Assembly: GCA_963663965.2 (NCBI GenBank)
Contig: CAXXFK010000036.1
Span: forward strand, 1 to 64,000
Length of the DNA: 64,000 nucleotides
Direction: 5' to 3'
Source of the DNA: Sedimentisphaerales bacterium
GTDB taxonomy: Bacteria; Planctomycetota; Phycisphaerae; Sedimentisphaerales; SM23-30
The notes under the pieces were generated by a model. That model did not search any database. It was not told where the DNA came from and worked only from the letters and a program-made list of their open reading frames with translations. Positions 50,401 through 60,306 of this stretch are shown piece by piece; within the stretch, counting starts at the first letter, position 1, and every line of letters starts with the position of its first letter. The translations under genes and the position numbers were made by a program.

Positions 50401-51057
50401 TACCGTTTCGTTGTCGGGCCAGTAATCGGGAACATGGTCTACCTGATCCAGGTTTTTGTCACCTTTGTTGATCCCTGATCCATATTCATATCCCCGATGC
50501 GGTTCGTAGGCGCCGAACCAGAAAAACCATGGCTGGTCTTTGGGGGCGGCGTCGAGAAAATCTTTGAAATTGGCGGTGTAGTCATTATTGCTAATGCCAC
50601 GAGCCGGCGGGGTAGCGGTTCGAGATTGATAGGGTTGGCCGCAAAGCTGACGGGGTTTATCATTGGCATCGTTAGCAATTCCCGGGGCCCATCCTTTGCC
50701 GGTGGCGCCGACGAAATAGCCGTGTTCGATGAGGGCTTCGGGGAAACTTTTGAATTCGGCCGGGAAAAATGGCTGATGGTTGGCGGCCGCGCGCAATTGC
50801 CAGGAATAGCGTCCGGTCAGGATAATCGCGCGTGATGGGGCGCACTTGGCGTTAGGCGTGAAGGCATTGGCGAATAACACCCCTTCGCGCGCCAGGCGGT
50901 CAAAGGCGGGGGTCTTGATCCAGGGAGTTGTGCCATAGGCTCCAGCGTGGCAACCCCAGTCATCGGCTATGGCGAACAGGATATTGGGTTGTTCGGAGGC
51001 ATGGCTGAAAGCGCAAGAGATTCCGGTTAACATGCCAATATACAGCCATTTATACAT
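47473..51057 (-). CDS. Multidomain secreted enzyme: FGly sulfatase + small linker domain + DUF5060/TIM-barrel putative glycoside hydrolase + collagen-binding-like domain
   Basis: '[10 protein letters not shown]', 'CAPSR', 'TSDHG'; later 'NPF', 'GYFAADG', 'WNIGEEN', 'WGNLMAGG', 'WYNPRTG'. Confidence 0.85.
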   Translation of the reverse strand: MYKWLYIGMLTGISCAFSHASEQPNILFAIADDWGCHAGAYGTTPWIKTPAFDRLAREGVLFANAFTPNAKCAPSRAIILTGRYSWQLRAAANHQPFFPAEFKSFPEALIEHGYFVGATGKGWAPGIANDANDKPRQLCGQPYQSRTATPPARGISNNDYTANFKDFLDAAPKDQPWFFWFGAYEPHRGYEYGSGINKGDKNLDQVDHVPDYWPDNETVRTDMLDYAFEVEHVDRHLQMMLAELKKRGQLDNTLVVFTSDHGMPFPRVKGQAYLASNHIPLAIRWPKGITHPGRTVNDYVSFVDLAPTFLAVTGLSQQNSGMAAITGQSLLPILTSSQSGQIEPGRDYMLIGKERHDVGRPNDAGYPIRGLIRNDFLYLHNWEPDRWPAGNPETGYLNTDGSPTKTFILDAHRKNRSDPFWALNFGKRPLEELYNLKIDPDCVKNLADNPQYTRRRTEMSDWLTAKLTEQEDPRVLGHGEVFDQYPVAYPAQRNFYERYMNGEPIKAGWVNQSDFETQPPYPQPEKKYPEHWGDPPKIQTRDLRELPGGYGMGSSTLANWIQMNLDKDAAAEDKTVKTQPVIPPPSQQLPDSNSQVTISGQLRQWHKVTLNLAGPSAREQDNNPNPFTDYNLTVTFTHESGSPSYQIPGYFAADGNAANSSAVSGTCWRAHLAPDKPGRWTYVISFTKGDKVALDGGGKPQKPYDGLTGRFQVTASDKTAPDFRALGRLDYVGKHYLQFAGSKDYFLKAGPDAPETLLAYADFDNTQARKPSAPLKTWQPHIADWQPGDPTWKQDKGKGLIGALNYLAGKGLNAFSFLPYNAGGDGDNVWPFVAREDKMHYDCSKLDQWGMVFDHATARGLYLHFKLQETEIDDNRRGQNGPANVPESLDGGKLGPERKLYCRELIARFAHNLALNWNIGEENTQTTDEINAMADYIAALDPYHHPIVIHTYPDQQDKVYPPLLGDRSRLTGASLQNSWNAVHQRTLKWVTESAAANRPWVVANDEQNGADTGVPPDMGYQGYKGTRKDGAKVQSIDDIRKATLWGNLMAGGAGVEYYFGYQLPQSDLVCEDYRSRDQSWDYCRIALDFFHNNHIPFWQMTNADPLIGNEAHSNEKYCLAQPNNVYVVYLPNGDTTQLDLTNATGRFFVKWYNPRTGGPLQNGSIKTIKAGKLVSLGNPPSEPSADWIILLRKN

Positions 51058-51361
51058 AACTATTCTCCTGAATGGGAGGTAAGTGTTTCTGTTTCAATCG
51101 ATTACACAATATGTAAGAGACCGGATTGGATAGGCGTTGACCGGTCGTCAGGAAAGATTGCTATAACAGATATCCAAGAAACGAGTTCGTTTTTATTTTA
51201 TTGCCGGATTGTCTGGTTAGCAACGATGCAAGGATGTTCAGTTGCCGTAAACTGAATCATTGAAATCGAAAATAATTTGATATTCAAAGCGGGAATCAGC
51301 GTTTATAATTCAGGTTACATTTGAGATTTGATGTCAAACAGGTTAGCAGGCAATAAGATTA

Positions 51362-51526
51362 TAGGGCACCTCTAATAATTCATTCAGGGCTGCAAGCGAT
51401 CTGATTTTCCTCTGGACTGCGTCACAAAAAACCGTGAATATTGACGAATATGCCCGGTTCTTTGTTCCTTGCCAGAGAAAAATCAACCTCGCTTTCGCCT
51501 CTAAAGCCATTATTAGAGATACCCAA
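51362..51526. mobile_element. MITE-like element, copy 3
   Basis: AGGGCACCTCTAATAAT...ATTATTAGAGATACCC; body matches copies 1 and 2. Confidence 0.85.
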
Positions 51527-51566
51527 TATTATTTGATCAAGAAAATCAGAAAATCGGAGAGTAAGA

Positions 51567-52898
51567 ATGAAAAAGCCCCGTCTTGTTCCATTAATGATTT
51601 TTATCCTGACCTTCGTTTTACTGCTGGGAGGTTTTGGCTTATATTACTGGGGGTACCGATCGAAGGAAATCTTGATGGCACAAGCTGAGAAAGCGGGCCT
51701 GGCTTTGACCCTGGAAGAGGTTGAAAACCGGTATCGGAAAGATGCGGCTAATGCCGCGGAATATTACGAGCAGGCGTTTGATCTGCATCGGCAATGGATC
51801 GAGGCGCACGATGATTTGTCAATAAAGGCGTTGAGTATTCCCGCGGACCGGTACAAAACAGCCGAAGAGAATGAGTCGGAAGCCCAGGCGGTTTATACCC
51901 GTTATGTCAGGGATAATCCGGAAATCCTGGACCTGTTTCGAACTGCCGCGAAAATGAAGTATTGTTATTTTAGTCTGGAAACGACCCGTGAAGACCCGCT
52001 AACGACAGTTAGTTACCTGGGGCCCCTGCGGGACTTTGCCAGCGTGATGTCGCGAGACGCCATCTGCGCCATCCGTTCAGGCAGGGTAGAACAGATGAGC
52101 GAATCTGTTGAAACCTTATTTCGTATTGGCCGGCATGTTATGGAACAACCCTTTTATCTCAGTCATTTAGTGGGAATCCGTATCCAGAATCTGGGTATCA
52201 ACACGATTGAAACAATACTGAATGAAATGCAGCTGGACGATGATTGTTTACACCGTCTTAGTGAACAGGTGGCAACGGTATATTGTGAAAGCGATTTACA
52301 GGATGCCATCCGATCTGAAACCGCCTGCGGCAAGGCCTATATTTTTGACTTCGACCGTTCCAGAATGCCTGGCTGGCTCTGGCATACCTATTCATTTGTT
52401 CAGGGACCGCAGGTGGCCTACCGGGATTATCTGACAGGAATGATCCGTTTATCGCATGCCGCGGAAGCGGCGTGGCCGGATAAACTGGATAATGTTCGAT
52501 CTCTTAAGGAAATTTATTCAACTCAGCAGAGCAGGTATTTCCCATCGCGTCTGGCTTCCATGGATTTTGATTTTAGCGATCATGAAAAAATATTTCTGTT
52601 CAATTTGAGTATTCTGGTCCGGCATACCCTGTGTCAGGCCGCACTGGCAGTAGAGAGGTATTCTAATCAACATAACGAATTGCCAAAAACCCTGGATGAG
52701 TTAGTGCCCGAGTACCTGGAGCAGGTACCACAGGATTATTTTATTAAAGGTCAGGTTCCAATCTGTTATGAAGTAACTGAATCCGGATATGTGTTGTACA
52801 GTGTGTCAGCGGATGGTATCGCCAACGGCGGGCAGGAAATGGAGGGTCATTTTGACAGTGGAAGCGATCTGGTATTCCGGGTAAAAAGACTTCGGTGA
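51567..52898 (+). CDS. Planctomycete-type membrane-anchored hypothetical protein
   Basis: N-terminal TM helix, 'NAAEYY..AF', C-terminal 'ALAVERY....LP.TL.ELVPEYL..VP.D...LYSV..DG'. Confidence 0.7.
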   Translation: MKKPRLVPLMIFILTFVLLLGGFGLYYWGYRSKEILMAQAEKAGLALTLEEVENRYRKDAANAAEYYEQAFDLHRQWIEAHDDLSIKALSIPADRYKTAEENESEAQAVYTRYVRDNPEILDLFRTAAKMKYCYFSLETTREDPLTTVSYLGPLRDFASVMSRDAICAIRSGRVEQMSESVETLFRIGRHVMEQPFYLSHLVGIRIQNLGINTIETILNEMQLDDDCLHRLSEQVATVYCESDLQDAIRSETACGKAYIFDFDRSRMPGWLWHTYSFVQGPQVAYRDYLTGMIRLSHAAEAAWPDKLDNVRSLKEIYSTQQSRYFPSRLASMDFDFSDHEKIFLFNLSILVRHTLCQAALAVERYSNQHNELPKTLDELVPEYLEQVPQDYFIKGQVPICYEVTESGYVLYSVSADGIANGGQEMEGHFDSGSDLVFRVKRLR

Positions 52899-53053
52899 TA
52901 TGGTGGTGTTTTTTCGGGGGAAATGGTATTCATCTGGATGAATTGGCAAGGTTTTGGAGATGGAGACATGATTGACCCTGTGGATTAACTGGATGGCTAT
53001 GAGATGGACCGTTTGTTTATGGATAACTGCCTGATGATCGAGCAGGAGATACT

Positions 53054-55204
53054 ATGAGGTTTGTTGTTTTGTGTTTATTGGCGATGGGATGGGGGGTGGC
53101 TGGTTGTCTGGGGGCTGAGGTTGAGGGGCGTGAGCCGCTGTACCGGGAGTCGTTGCGGCCGCAGTTTCATTTTACGGCGCGGTACTGGGATGAGTATCAG
53201 TTGAATCCGCCGAATCATCATGAGGGATGGATAAACGATCTGAACGGGCTGGTCTATAACCAGGGGGAATATCATCTGTTCGCACAGCGGTGGTGGTCGG
53301 CGTGGCTGCACGCGGTGAGCCGGGATCTGATCCACTGGGAGGAGATGCGGCCGGCGTTTGGGAAGGGCGGGCCGTTCGGTGGGACGCAGTCGGGGGGCGG
53401 GGTGGTGGATGTGCATAACTGTTCGGGATTGGGAAAGGGCGATGAACCACCGATGATCGCGTTCTGGAGCAGTACGGATAATTTGAATCAGTGTATTTCG
53501 TATAGTCTGGACCGGGGGCGGACCTGGACGAAGTATGAGAAGAACCCGGTATTGGTGCATCCGTATCGTGATCCGCGGGTGTTCTGGTATGAGCCGGATC
53601 AGAAGTGGGTATTGATCCTCTATGGGCCGTCGGATGAAGGGCGGCGGGTGTTGCGCTATGGTTTTAATGGGGAAGAGAATGATGCGCATGATTTACGCGC
53701 GTACAATGATGAGCAGTGGATGGTATCGGTGGTACGAGTTTGCGCGGATGGTCAAGTCGTGGTGAACGATACGGAGGGGAGAAGCGACGGGCGGATCGAT
53801 ATCGGCAGGCTGAATATCGGGACGGAGGCGTTTTATGTGGGGGCGAAGGCGAACGGTTCGGAGTATCTGAAAGGGGAGATTGGGGAGGTGCTGGTGTATG
53901 ACCGGGTGTTGTCGGATGAGGAAACGGAATGGACGCTGGGCAGGTTGCGGACGAAGTGGGGATTGTGCGACGACAAAAGTGATGGCAAGCTGGTATCGGA
54001 TGGGCTGGTGATGCATCTGGATGGGGGGGAAGGTGTGGTTGAAAATGGGGGGCGAGTGACCGGTTGGAGGGATTTGTCGGGATTGGGGCATGATGTGAAG
54101 GTGGCGGGGGACGGGGGTATGCCCGGATATATCGAAAATGGGTTGAATGGGCGGCCAGTGGTGCGGTTTGAGGGTGGGCAGGTATTACGCGGACCGGCGG
54201 TGCTGGGGGAGGGAGATGATACGTTTACGATGGTGGCATTGTGGCGGCGGGACCGGGCGGATGGGTCGCAGGTGGTGTGTGAGCAGAATATCGGGCGGCG
54301 TGAGGCCGGGCGGCGGACGGCGCTGTTGACGGTGTGCCGGGAGGAACGGGAGAATGTGTATCTGCTGTTTGAGTCGAGGAATCTGCTGGAGTGGAAGAAA
54401 CTGGACAGTTCGATTCCGAACTCATTTGAGTGTCCGGATATGTTTGTGCTGCCGGTGGAAGGTGAGCGGGATCGGAAGGTGTGGGTGGTGATCGATGGGA
54501 ATGGGGATTATGTGACGGGGCAGTTTGACGGCAAACAATTTACCGGCACCGCGCCGAAACGGAAAGGGGATTATGGGCGGAATTTTTACGCGACGATGAC
54601 CTTTGAGAATATGCCGAAGAGCGATCCGAGACGGATCCAACTGGCCTGGATGCGAGGGTGGGATGATTATCCCAAGACGATGCCGTTTAATCAGCAGGTC
54701 AGTTTTCCGTGCGAATTGACGTTGCGGCAGGTGGGAGAGGCGTTGGTGTTGTGCCGGTATCCGATCGATGAGATTAAGCGGCTTTACCGGGATACCTTCC
54801 GGTTGGAAAACCAGAGGCTGAGGCCGGGCGAGAATCCGCTGGCGGGGTTGGAAGGGGAGTTGTTTGATATTTCGATGACGGTGGATGTGGCGAAATCGAA
54901 GGCGTCGGCGCTGACGCTGCATATGCGGGGGAATGAGGTGCGCTATGATATCACGCGCGGGGTTTTAGCATCGGTGGGATCGGAGGTGGTTCTGACGCCG
55001 AGGGATGGGCTGGTTGAGATCCGGGTGTTGATGGACCGGTTATCGATTGAGAGCTATGGGAACCGGGGCGAGGTGTCGATTACGAATATCGCCTATCAGC
55101 AGGATGGCCGGCCGGATCTGGCACTGGAGGCGGTGGGGGGTGAGGTTCGGATTGTGTCGCTGGTGTCTTGCAAGTTGGGATCGATGTGGGTATATGGAGG
55201 ATGA
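53054..55204 (+). CDS. GH32 beta-fructosidase/levanase-like enzyme with an inserted LamG-like domain
   Basis: 'WINDLNG', 'RDP', 'FECPD', 'DYGRNFYA'; ~235-aa insert between RDP and ECP. Confidence 0.88.
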   Translation: MRFVVLCLLAMGWGVAGCLGAEVEGREPLYRESLRPQFHFTARYWDEYQLNPPNHHEGWINDLNGLVYNQGEYHLFAQRWWSAWLHAVSRDLIHWEEMRPAFGKGGPFGGTQSGGGVVDVHNCSGLGKGDEPPMIAFWSSTDNLNQCISYSLDRGRTWTKYEKNPVLVHPYRDPRVFWYEPDQKWVLILYGPSDEGRRVLRYGFNGEENDAHDLRAYNDEQWMVSVVRVCADGQVVVNDTEGRSDGRIDIGRLNIGTEAFYVGAKANGSEYLKGEIGEVLVYDRVLSDEETEWTLGRLRTKWGLCDDKSDGKLVSDGLVMHLDGGEGVVENGGRVTGWRDLSGLGHDVKVAGDGGMPGYIENGLNGRPVVRFEGGQVLRGPAVLGEGDDTFTMVALWRRDRADGSQVVCEQNIGRREAGRRTALLTVCREERENVYLLFESRNLLEWKKLDSSIPNSFECPDMFVLPVEGERDRKVWVVIDGNGDYVTGQFDGKQFTGTAPKRKGDYGRNFYATMTFENMPKSDPRRIQLAWMRGWDDYPKTMPFNQQVSFPCELTLRQVGEALVLCRYPIDEIKRLYRDTFRLENQRLRPGENPLAGLEGELFDISMTVDVAKSKASALTLHMRGNEVRYDITRGVLASVGSEVVLTPRDGLVEIRVLMDRLSIESYGNRGEVSITNIAYQQDGRPDLALEAVGGEVRIVSLVSCKLGSMWVYGG

Positions 55205-55208
55205 CAGG

Positions 55209-56510
55209 TCAGGGAATAAACTCGTCGGCGCCGATGTCTGTGGGGGGATGGCGGGGAGTGAGGTCGATGTCGTCGGTAATGGCGTTGAGGGGACGGGCCT
55301 GGTCGATGGCGGCGGTTGCCAAGGGGGTGAGGTGGAGGTTGCCGCGGGCCGGATCGACGAACCAGGAGGGGATGGGTTTGATGAGATTGCCGGCCAGATC
55401 GATGGGGCCGGGATCGCCTTCGATAGAGAGGCGGGGGCCGCTGAACAGGTTGTTTTTGACGATGAGGTTATCGTTGGCGTGGACGACGCGGAGCAGGCGG
55501 CCATTAGGACTGTCCGGATCGTGAATGGAGTTATGGATGATGATACAGTCGCGGGTATGGTCGGTGACGATATTGCTTTCGGGACAGCGGGTAATAAAAT
55601 TGTTGCGGACGATGACGTGATTGCAATGGCGGCGCGGACCGCGAGCGCTGGAGTTGCCCAGGGCAATGCCGGTATCGCAATCGATGATGATATTACGTTC
55701 GATGATACAGTTCCGGCAGTTGTGCCAGAGGAAGATAGCGCCGCGGGCCTCGGCGGTTTTGCCGTGGATGTTGAGAAAAACGTTGTCGCTGATGGTCCAG
55801 TCAGAGGCGTTCATGATGTCGATGCCGCCAATGTAATTGTAGCCCATAGGGGAGCCTTGATTGGCATCTTCCCAGGGATCATCGCCGTGCTGCTTGGGGC
55901 GGTCATTATAGAAAAGGCAATATTGCACACGGCAGGCGTTGACCCATTGGGGGGCGTTATCACTATCGGGGACTTTGGGGCCTTTGATGTGGCGCTGCCA
56001 GATGTTGTGGCTGATGATGTTATAGATGGTGGCGTGATGGGCGTTGAGGTCGGAGTTGATTTTGATACCGTTCTGGGTGACGTTCTGGATGGTGAGGTTG
56101 GCGATAGTAACACCAGCAGCATGGCTGATGGCGATACCCTCGCCGTGGATACTGTTGGCGAAATCAAGTACGACACTGGACCGGTTGCCGGATCCGCCGC
56201 GCAGGGTGACCTGGTCGGTTTGCAGGGTCAGGGTGCGGGACATGGAGTAATGGCCGTCGGTAAGCAGAATGGTTGTGCCGGATTGAAGACTGGCGGCGGC
56301 CTGGTAGAGTTCGGCGGGGGTGGAGATTTTGATGACCGGACCGGAGGGCGGCTGCAGCGGGGGCGCCTGGGGGTACCAGGACTGTTGGAGTATTTCCGGG
56401 GGGACTTCCGCCCTGAGAAGGGATGTTATTAAGATGGCGGACAGGAACGTCTGGACCAGGATCGGATGGTTAAGTTGTCGATAGATTCTTTTCATAAGAA
56501 TCACACACAA
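55209..56510 (-). CDS. Secreted right-handed parallel beta-helix protein
   Basis: Asn/Ile-ladder repeats and C-terminal 'DIGADE'. Confidence 0.75.
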   Translation of the reverse strand: MCVILMKRIYRQLNHPILVQTFLSAILITSLLRAEVPPEILQQSWYPQAPPLQPPSGPVIKISTPAELYQAAASLQSGTTILLTDGHYSMSRTLTLQTDQVTLRGGSGNRSSVVLDFANSIHGEGIAISHAAGVTIANLTIQNVTQNGIKINSDLNAHHATIYNIISHNIWQRHIKGPKVPDSDNAPQWVNACRVQYCLFYNDRPKQHGDDPWEDANQGSPMGYNYIGGIDIMNASDWTISDNVFLNIHGKTAEARGAIFLWHNCRNCIIERNIIIDCDTGIALGNSSARGPRRHCNHVIVRNNFITRCPESNIVTDHTRDCIIIHNSIHDPDSPNGRLLRVVHANDNLIVKNNLFSGPRLSIEGDPGPIDLAGNLIKPIPSWFVDPARGNLHLTPLATAAIDQARPLNAITDDIDLTPRHPPTDIGADEFIP

Positions 56511-56612
56511 AAAGTTCTTAAGAAAGAATAAACATGTGGATCACTATCCGTTTACCACTGCCTAAGACATGATGAAAATCATTATTGTCAGGCAATTAAA
56601 AAACCAGTCAGG

Positions 56613-58514
56613 TCATTTCCAGAACTGCCACCATTTTTTAGAAGATTTTGTCGATACGGGGGCCGGCTCGGGCTCTGGTTGTAACTTGTTCGGGGTATGA
56701 ACTGGCTGTTTTTTCGCCGGGGGTTGACCGTTGACATGGATAGTGAGTCCAGGAGAGTCAGATAGTGACTCACCTGTGGTCTGGAGATCGATGACAACGA
56801 AATCGCCCTTGAGACTGACTGCCAAAAGGTAACGCTGAGAAAGCAAGGCCATATGATAAGCTTCAAAGTTTATCGGAGCAACGGCCTGCATGGTTTTTTG
56901 TTTTCTATCACATTTCCAGACCGCATCAGGTTGTCCGGCCAGATAGATGGTGTTCAGTGCGTCATCGCCTGGAATCAGGGTGAAAAATGGTTGATGCGTC
57001 CGGGGATTCGACAAATCAATCGGATCACCATCTTGATTGCCCTGATCATCCACCCATAGCAGGATTGGGGACATCATTTCCGAACACCAGAGGCTTCGGT
57101 CCCTGCTGTTAATCAAATGATGACAGCAATAGCCGGGCATCCCATACTGGTACATATCCAGATGGATATGGTATTCATTTGGATTACTGAAACGATAGAC
57201 CATTTGTGAGGCATACTGACCGGCAATGAGATCCCCGTAGTCATTAAAATAAAATACCTCGAAGGAGCCTGAATAGGAGTTAGGCACGGGAAACTGTCCT
57301 AATGTTATTTCTTCCTGGTAGTCGTAAATTACCAGTTCAGTCCTATCGGCAATGGCTACATGAGGATGGCAGGGAGACAGGGCGATTCGTTCCGGGTTTT
57401 CTATGGGGCAATGGCAGGTGACGTTGGCGCCCTCCAGTTCAATATGCAGTTCGGAGGCCAGGGCGTAAGCTTGTCCATGAGGCGCAATATACACGCAATC
57501 GCAGGACAGATCTTGTTCGATGATCTGGATATCGATGACGGGCAGGTCCGGGTTGTCTTTCAAATCGAAGGAGAAGAGCTGTGCACTATTTTTATCGAAA
57601 AGGAAACGGCCGTTGGCGCCGGCTTGTTCCAGAGACTCAAGCGGGCCGTCATCGCTGTATTCGTTCAATTTGCCTTCCGCGACAATCGGGCAAGCCAGGT
57701 CATTCAAAACGGTGGCATTGATACCGGTTAGCCTTGGTGGTTCCTGGCTGATTGCCGGGGAGGCATCCGGTCGGGTTTTCTTTGCCGCGCTTTGAGGTGT
57801 GTCAGAATTTTCTGGCAGAACCGGGTTGATTTCCATCGGCATGATATCATAAACACACTGGACAGATCGCCGATAATCCCTTGAGTATGCCGATAAATCA
57901 TCGTGAAATTGCAGAACAGAGGCCAGTTCCTCTTGTAAGGCTTGGCGGCATTCCAACGGCAGCGCCAGGTCGATGTCATAGACGGCTTGAGGGGAGGTTG
58001 CCTCCTGGTATTGCCCAGTACTGGTATCGTAAAAGCTGGTGGTGCTCATACTGCGATCGGCAATTGTCACCACCAGGGTATTGTTTGTGAACGCGTCTTG
58101 ATAAAGCTTTACCGTGGTGTCCCGTTCATCCAGACCGTTAATCATCTCCAGGAAAGGGTTCGGTTTGCCAAAAGCTTCGCGTAAAGAACCCGATTCCATT
58201 CCAACATAGATGCCGACCAATCCGCCATATTGAGTTCTGAAGAAGGAAAACGCGATTTTGATATCTCCTTCAATCAGTTTGCCGGTATAATCGTCTAACC
58301 GGGTCAACAGGAATGGTCCCTGATCGGAATCCAACCGGAAAAAACCGGCGCCATGTTTATTGATGGTTAAATGTCGATAATTGGCCGAGAGTAACAGGGT
58401 GCCAAATCGAGATGCTTTATGCATGCCCTGGGGGACGCAAAGCACCACCTGACGTAAATTTTTATCTGGATCTTCGGCAAAATACCATTTCAAGTTGGAT
58501 TGATCGTCACTCAT
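56613..58514 (-). CDS. Hypothetical protein with beta-propeller-like region and C-terminal KKWWQFWK motif
   Basis: 633-aa ORF, RBS AAGGAA, terminal motif visible in the translation. Confidence 0.65.
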   Translation of the reverse strand: MSDDQSNLKWYFAEDPDKNLRQVVLCVPQGMHKASRFGTLLLSANYRHLTINKHGAGFFRLDSDQGPFLLTRLDDYTGKLIEGDIKIAFSFFRTQYGGLVGIYVGMESGSLREAFGKPNPFLEMINGLDERDTTVKLYQDAFTNNTLVVTIADRSMSTTSFYDTSTGQYQEATSPQAVYDIDLALPLECRQALQEELASVLQFHDDLSAYSRDYRRSVQCVYDIMPMEINPVLPENSDTPQSAAKKTRPDASPAISQEPPRLTGINATVLNDLACPIVAEGKLNEYSDDGPLESLEQAGANGRFLFDKNSAQLFSFDLKDNPDLPVIDIQIIEQDLSCDCVYIAPHGQAYALASELHIELEGANVTCHCPIENPERIALSPCHPHVAIADRTELVIYDYQEEITLGQFPVPNSYSGSFEVFYFNDYGDLIAGQYASQMVYRFSNPNEYHIHLDMYQYGMPGYCCHHLINSRDRSLWCSEMMSPILLWVDDQGNQDGDPIDLSNPRTHQPFFTLIPGDDALNTIYLAGQPDAVWKCDRKQKTMQAVAPINFEAYHMALLSQRYLLAVSLKGDFVVIDLQTTGESLSDSPGLTIHVNGQPPAKKQPVHTPNKLQPEPEPAPVSTKSSKKWWQFWK

Positions 58515-58774
58515 AGATTTTCCTTTGGGCTATTAAAGGGTACCTATAGAAATTTATTCTGGCGGGCAACTAGTTTTCATCAGGTTATATTGGGTGGAAA
58601 CTGCCTGCCAGGGGTTTGAGGAAAATAGCGGTTTTCCTATGGCCGGATCATTGGTAAATATCCAGTCGTTGCGATCCAGAGGGAGATCCCGCTTATAACA
58701 CAATTATTCGGCAAAATACCTTTTGGTAAAGATTCCTGCAGGGTAAAAGTATACTGAAACTTTTTTGGAAACTA

Positions 58775-60028
58775 TTAAACAGGAATAGGAAATTGCTGAC
58801 AGAGTTCGCGGGTTTCGTTGCGAACCGCTTCGATGACCCTGGTGTCACCGCCGGAGCTGAGGATCCGGTCGAACCAGCCGGCGATCTGAACCATGTGGTC
58901 TTCTTTGAGACCGCGGGTGGTGATGGCGGGGGTGCCGACCCGGATCCCGCTGGCTTCCATGGCTTTGCGGGTGTCGAAGGGGATGAGGTTCTTGTTGACG
59001 ACAATCCCGCCATCATGGAGCCAGGTTTCGGCGGCGGCGCCGGTGAGATTTTCGTTATAGGGGCGCAGGTCGACCAGGACGAGATGGTTGTCGGAACCGC
59101 CGGAGCAGAGGCGGAAGCCTTTACTGAGTAGGGCTTCGGCAAGGGTATGACAGTTTTTGACGACCTGTTCGATATATTGTTTGAATTCCGGCCGGGAGGC
59201 TTCGGCGAAGGCAACCGCTTTGGCGGCGATGATATGACAGAGAGGCCCGCCCTGCATGCCGGGGAAGACGGCGGAATTGACCTTTTTGGCCCATTCTTCC
59301 TTGCACATGGCAATGCCGGAACGGGGGCCGCGCAGGGTTTTGTGGGTGGTGCTGGTAACGAAATCGCAGACGGGAACGGGATCGGGATGGAATCCGGTGC
59401 AGACCAGTCCGGCGATGTGGGCGATATCGGCCATGAGCAGGGCGCCGGTGTCTTTGGCGATCTGGCTGAGACGGTCGAAATCGATGACGCGCGGGTAGGC
59501 GCTGGCGCCGCAGACAATGAGTTTGGGTTTATGTTCGCGGGCGAGCTGGTGGACCTGGTCGTAGTCGATGGTTTCGGTTTTGGGATCGACGCCGTAAGAG
59601 ACGACGTTATAGAGCCGGCCGCTGAAGTTAAGTTTGAAACCGTGGGTGAGGTGGCCGCCGTGGGAGAGGTCCATGGCGAGCATGGTATCGCCGGGATCCA
59701 TGCAGGCAAAATAAGCGGCCATATTGGCCTGACTGCCGGAGTGGGGCTGGACGTTGGCATGATCGCAACCGAAGAGGGCTTTGCAGCGGTCGATGGCGAG
59801 GGTTTCGACCTGGTCGACGTTTTCGCAACCCCCGTAATAACGTTTGGCGGGGTAGCCTTCGGCGTATTTGTTGGTAAGGCAGCTGCCGCCGGCGATGGTA
59901 ACGGCGGGTGATGCATGATTTTCGGAGGCGATCATTTCGAGCATGGACTGCTGGCGTCGCTCTTCCTTGGCGATCAGGTCGTAAATGGCGGGGTCACTAT
60001 TTTTGAGGTATTCGGCTGATCCAAACAC
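58775..60028 (-). CDS. glyA: Serine hydroxymethyltransferase
   Basis: 'MIASEN', '[14 protein letters not shown]', '[11 protein letters not shown]', 'GGHLTHG', '[10 protein letters not shown]'; GTG start at 60028 after AAGGAG. Confidence 0.97.
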   Translation of the reverse strand: MFGSAEYLKNSDPAIYDLIAKEERRQQSMLEMIASENHASPAVTIAGGSCLTNKYAEGYPAKRYYGGCENVDQVETLAIDRCKALFGCDHANVQPHSGSQANMAAYFACMDPGDTMLAMDLSHGGHLTHGFKLNFSGRLYNVVSYGVDPKTETIDYDQVHQLAREHKPKLIVCGASAYPRVIDFDRLSQIAKDTGALLMADIAHIAGLVCTGFHPDPVPVCDFVTSTTHKTLRGPRSGIAMCKEEWAKKVNSAVFPGMQGGPLCHIIAAKAVAFAEASRPEFKQYIEQVVKNCHTLAEALLSKGFRLCSGGSDNHLVLVDLRPYNENLTGAAAETWLHDGGIVVNKNLIPFDTRKAMEASGIRVGTPAITTRGLKEDHMVQIAGWFDRILSSGGDTRVIEAVRNETRELCQQFPIPV

Positions 60029-60306
60029 GGTATGCTCCTTATAAAAAAGACAAACTGTCAAGCTGACAAGGCTAACCATAGCCTGTCAGCCAACCCGTCA
60101 GCCAACTCGTCAGCAACTGTCAAAACAAGTAATTGTTTTTTAACGACTTAGCTGGCGATAAGCTGGATAAGTGTTTCAGTAAAAGATATAATTTATGAAA
60201 AAAATTGCTATAATACAAGGAAATAGTTTATTGTATGAGCCGAGTTAAGTGGATTGTGGGCAATGACAAGGAATTTAGATACTAACTTATTAAATGTGAA
60301 ACAGTT

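Noticed and set aside
55047..56432. Long antisense or alternative-frame ORFs (also 38932-39948, 58693-59916, 20401-21306)
   Set aside because: They overlap recognisable genes and are expected from GC-rich codon bias.
58534..58555. Solo MITE-TIR-like sequence TAAAGGGTACCTATAGAAATTT
   Set aside because: Several mismatches, and no partner TIR or MITE body nearby.
60030..60300. ZTP (pfl) riboswitch upstream of glyA
   Set aside because: The conserved aptamer elements were not recognisable by eye.
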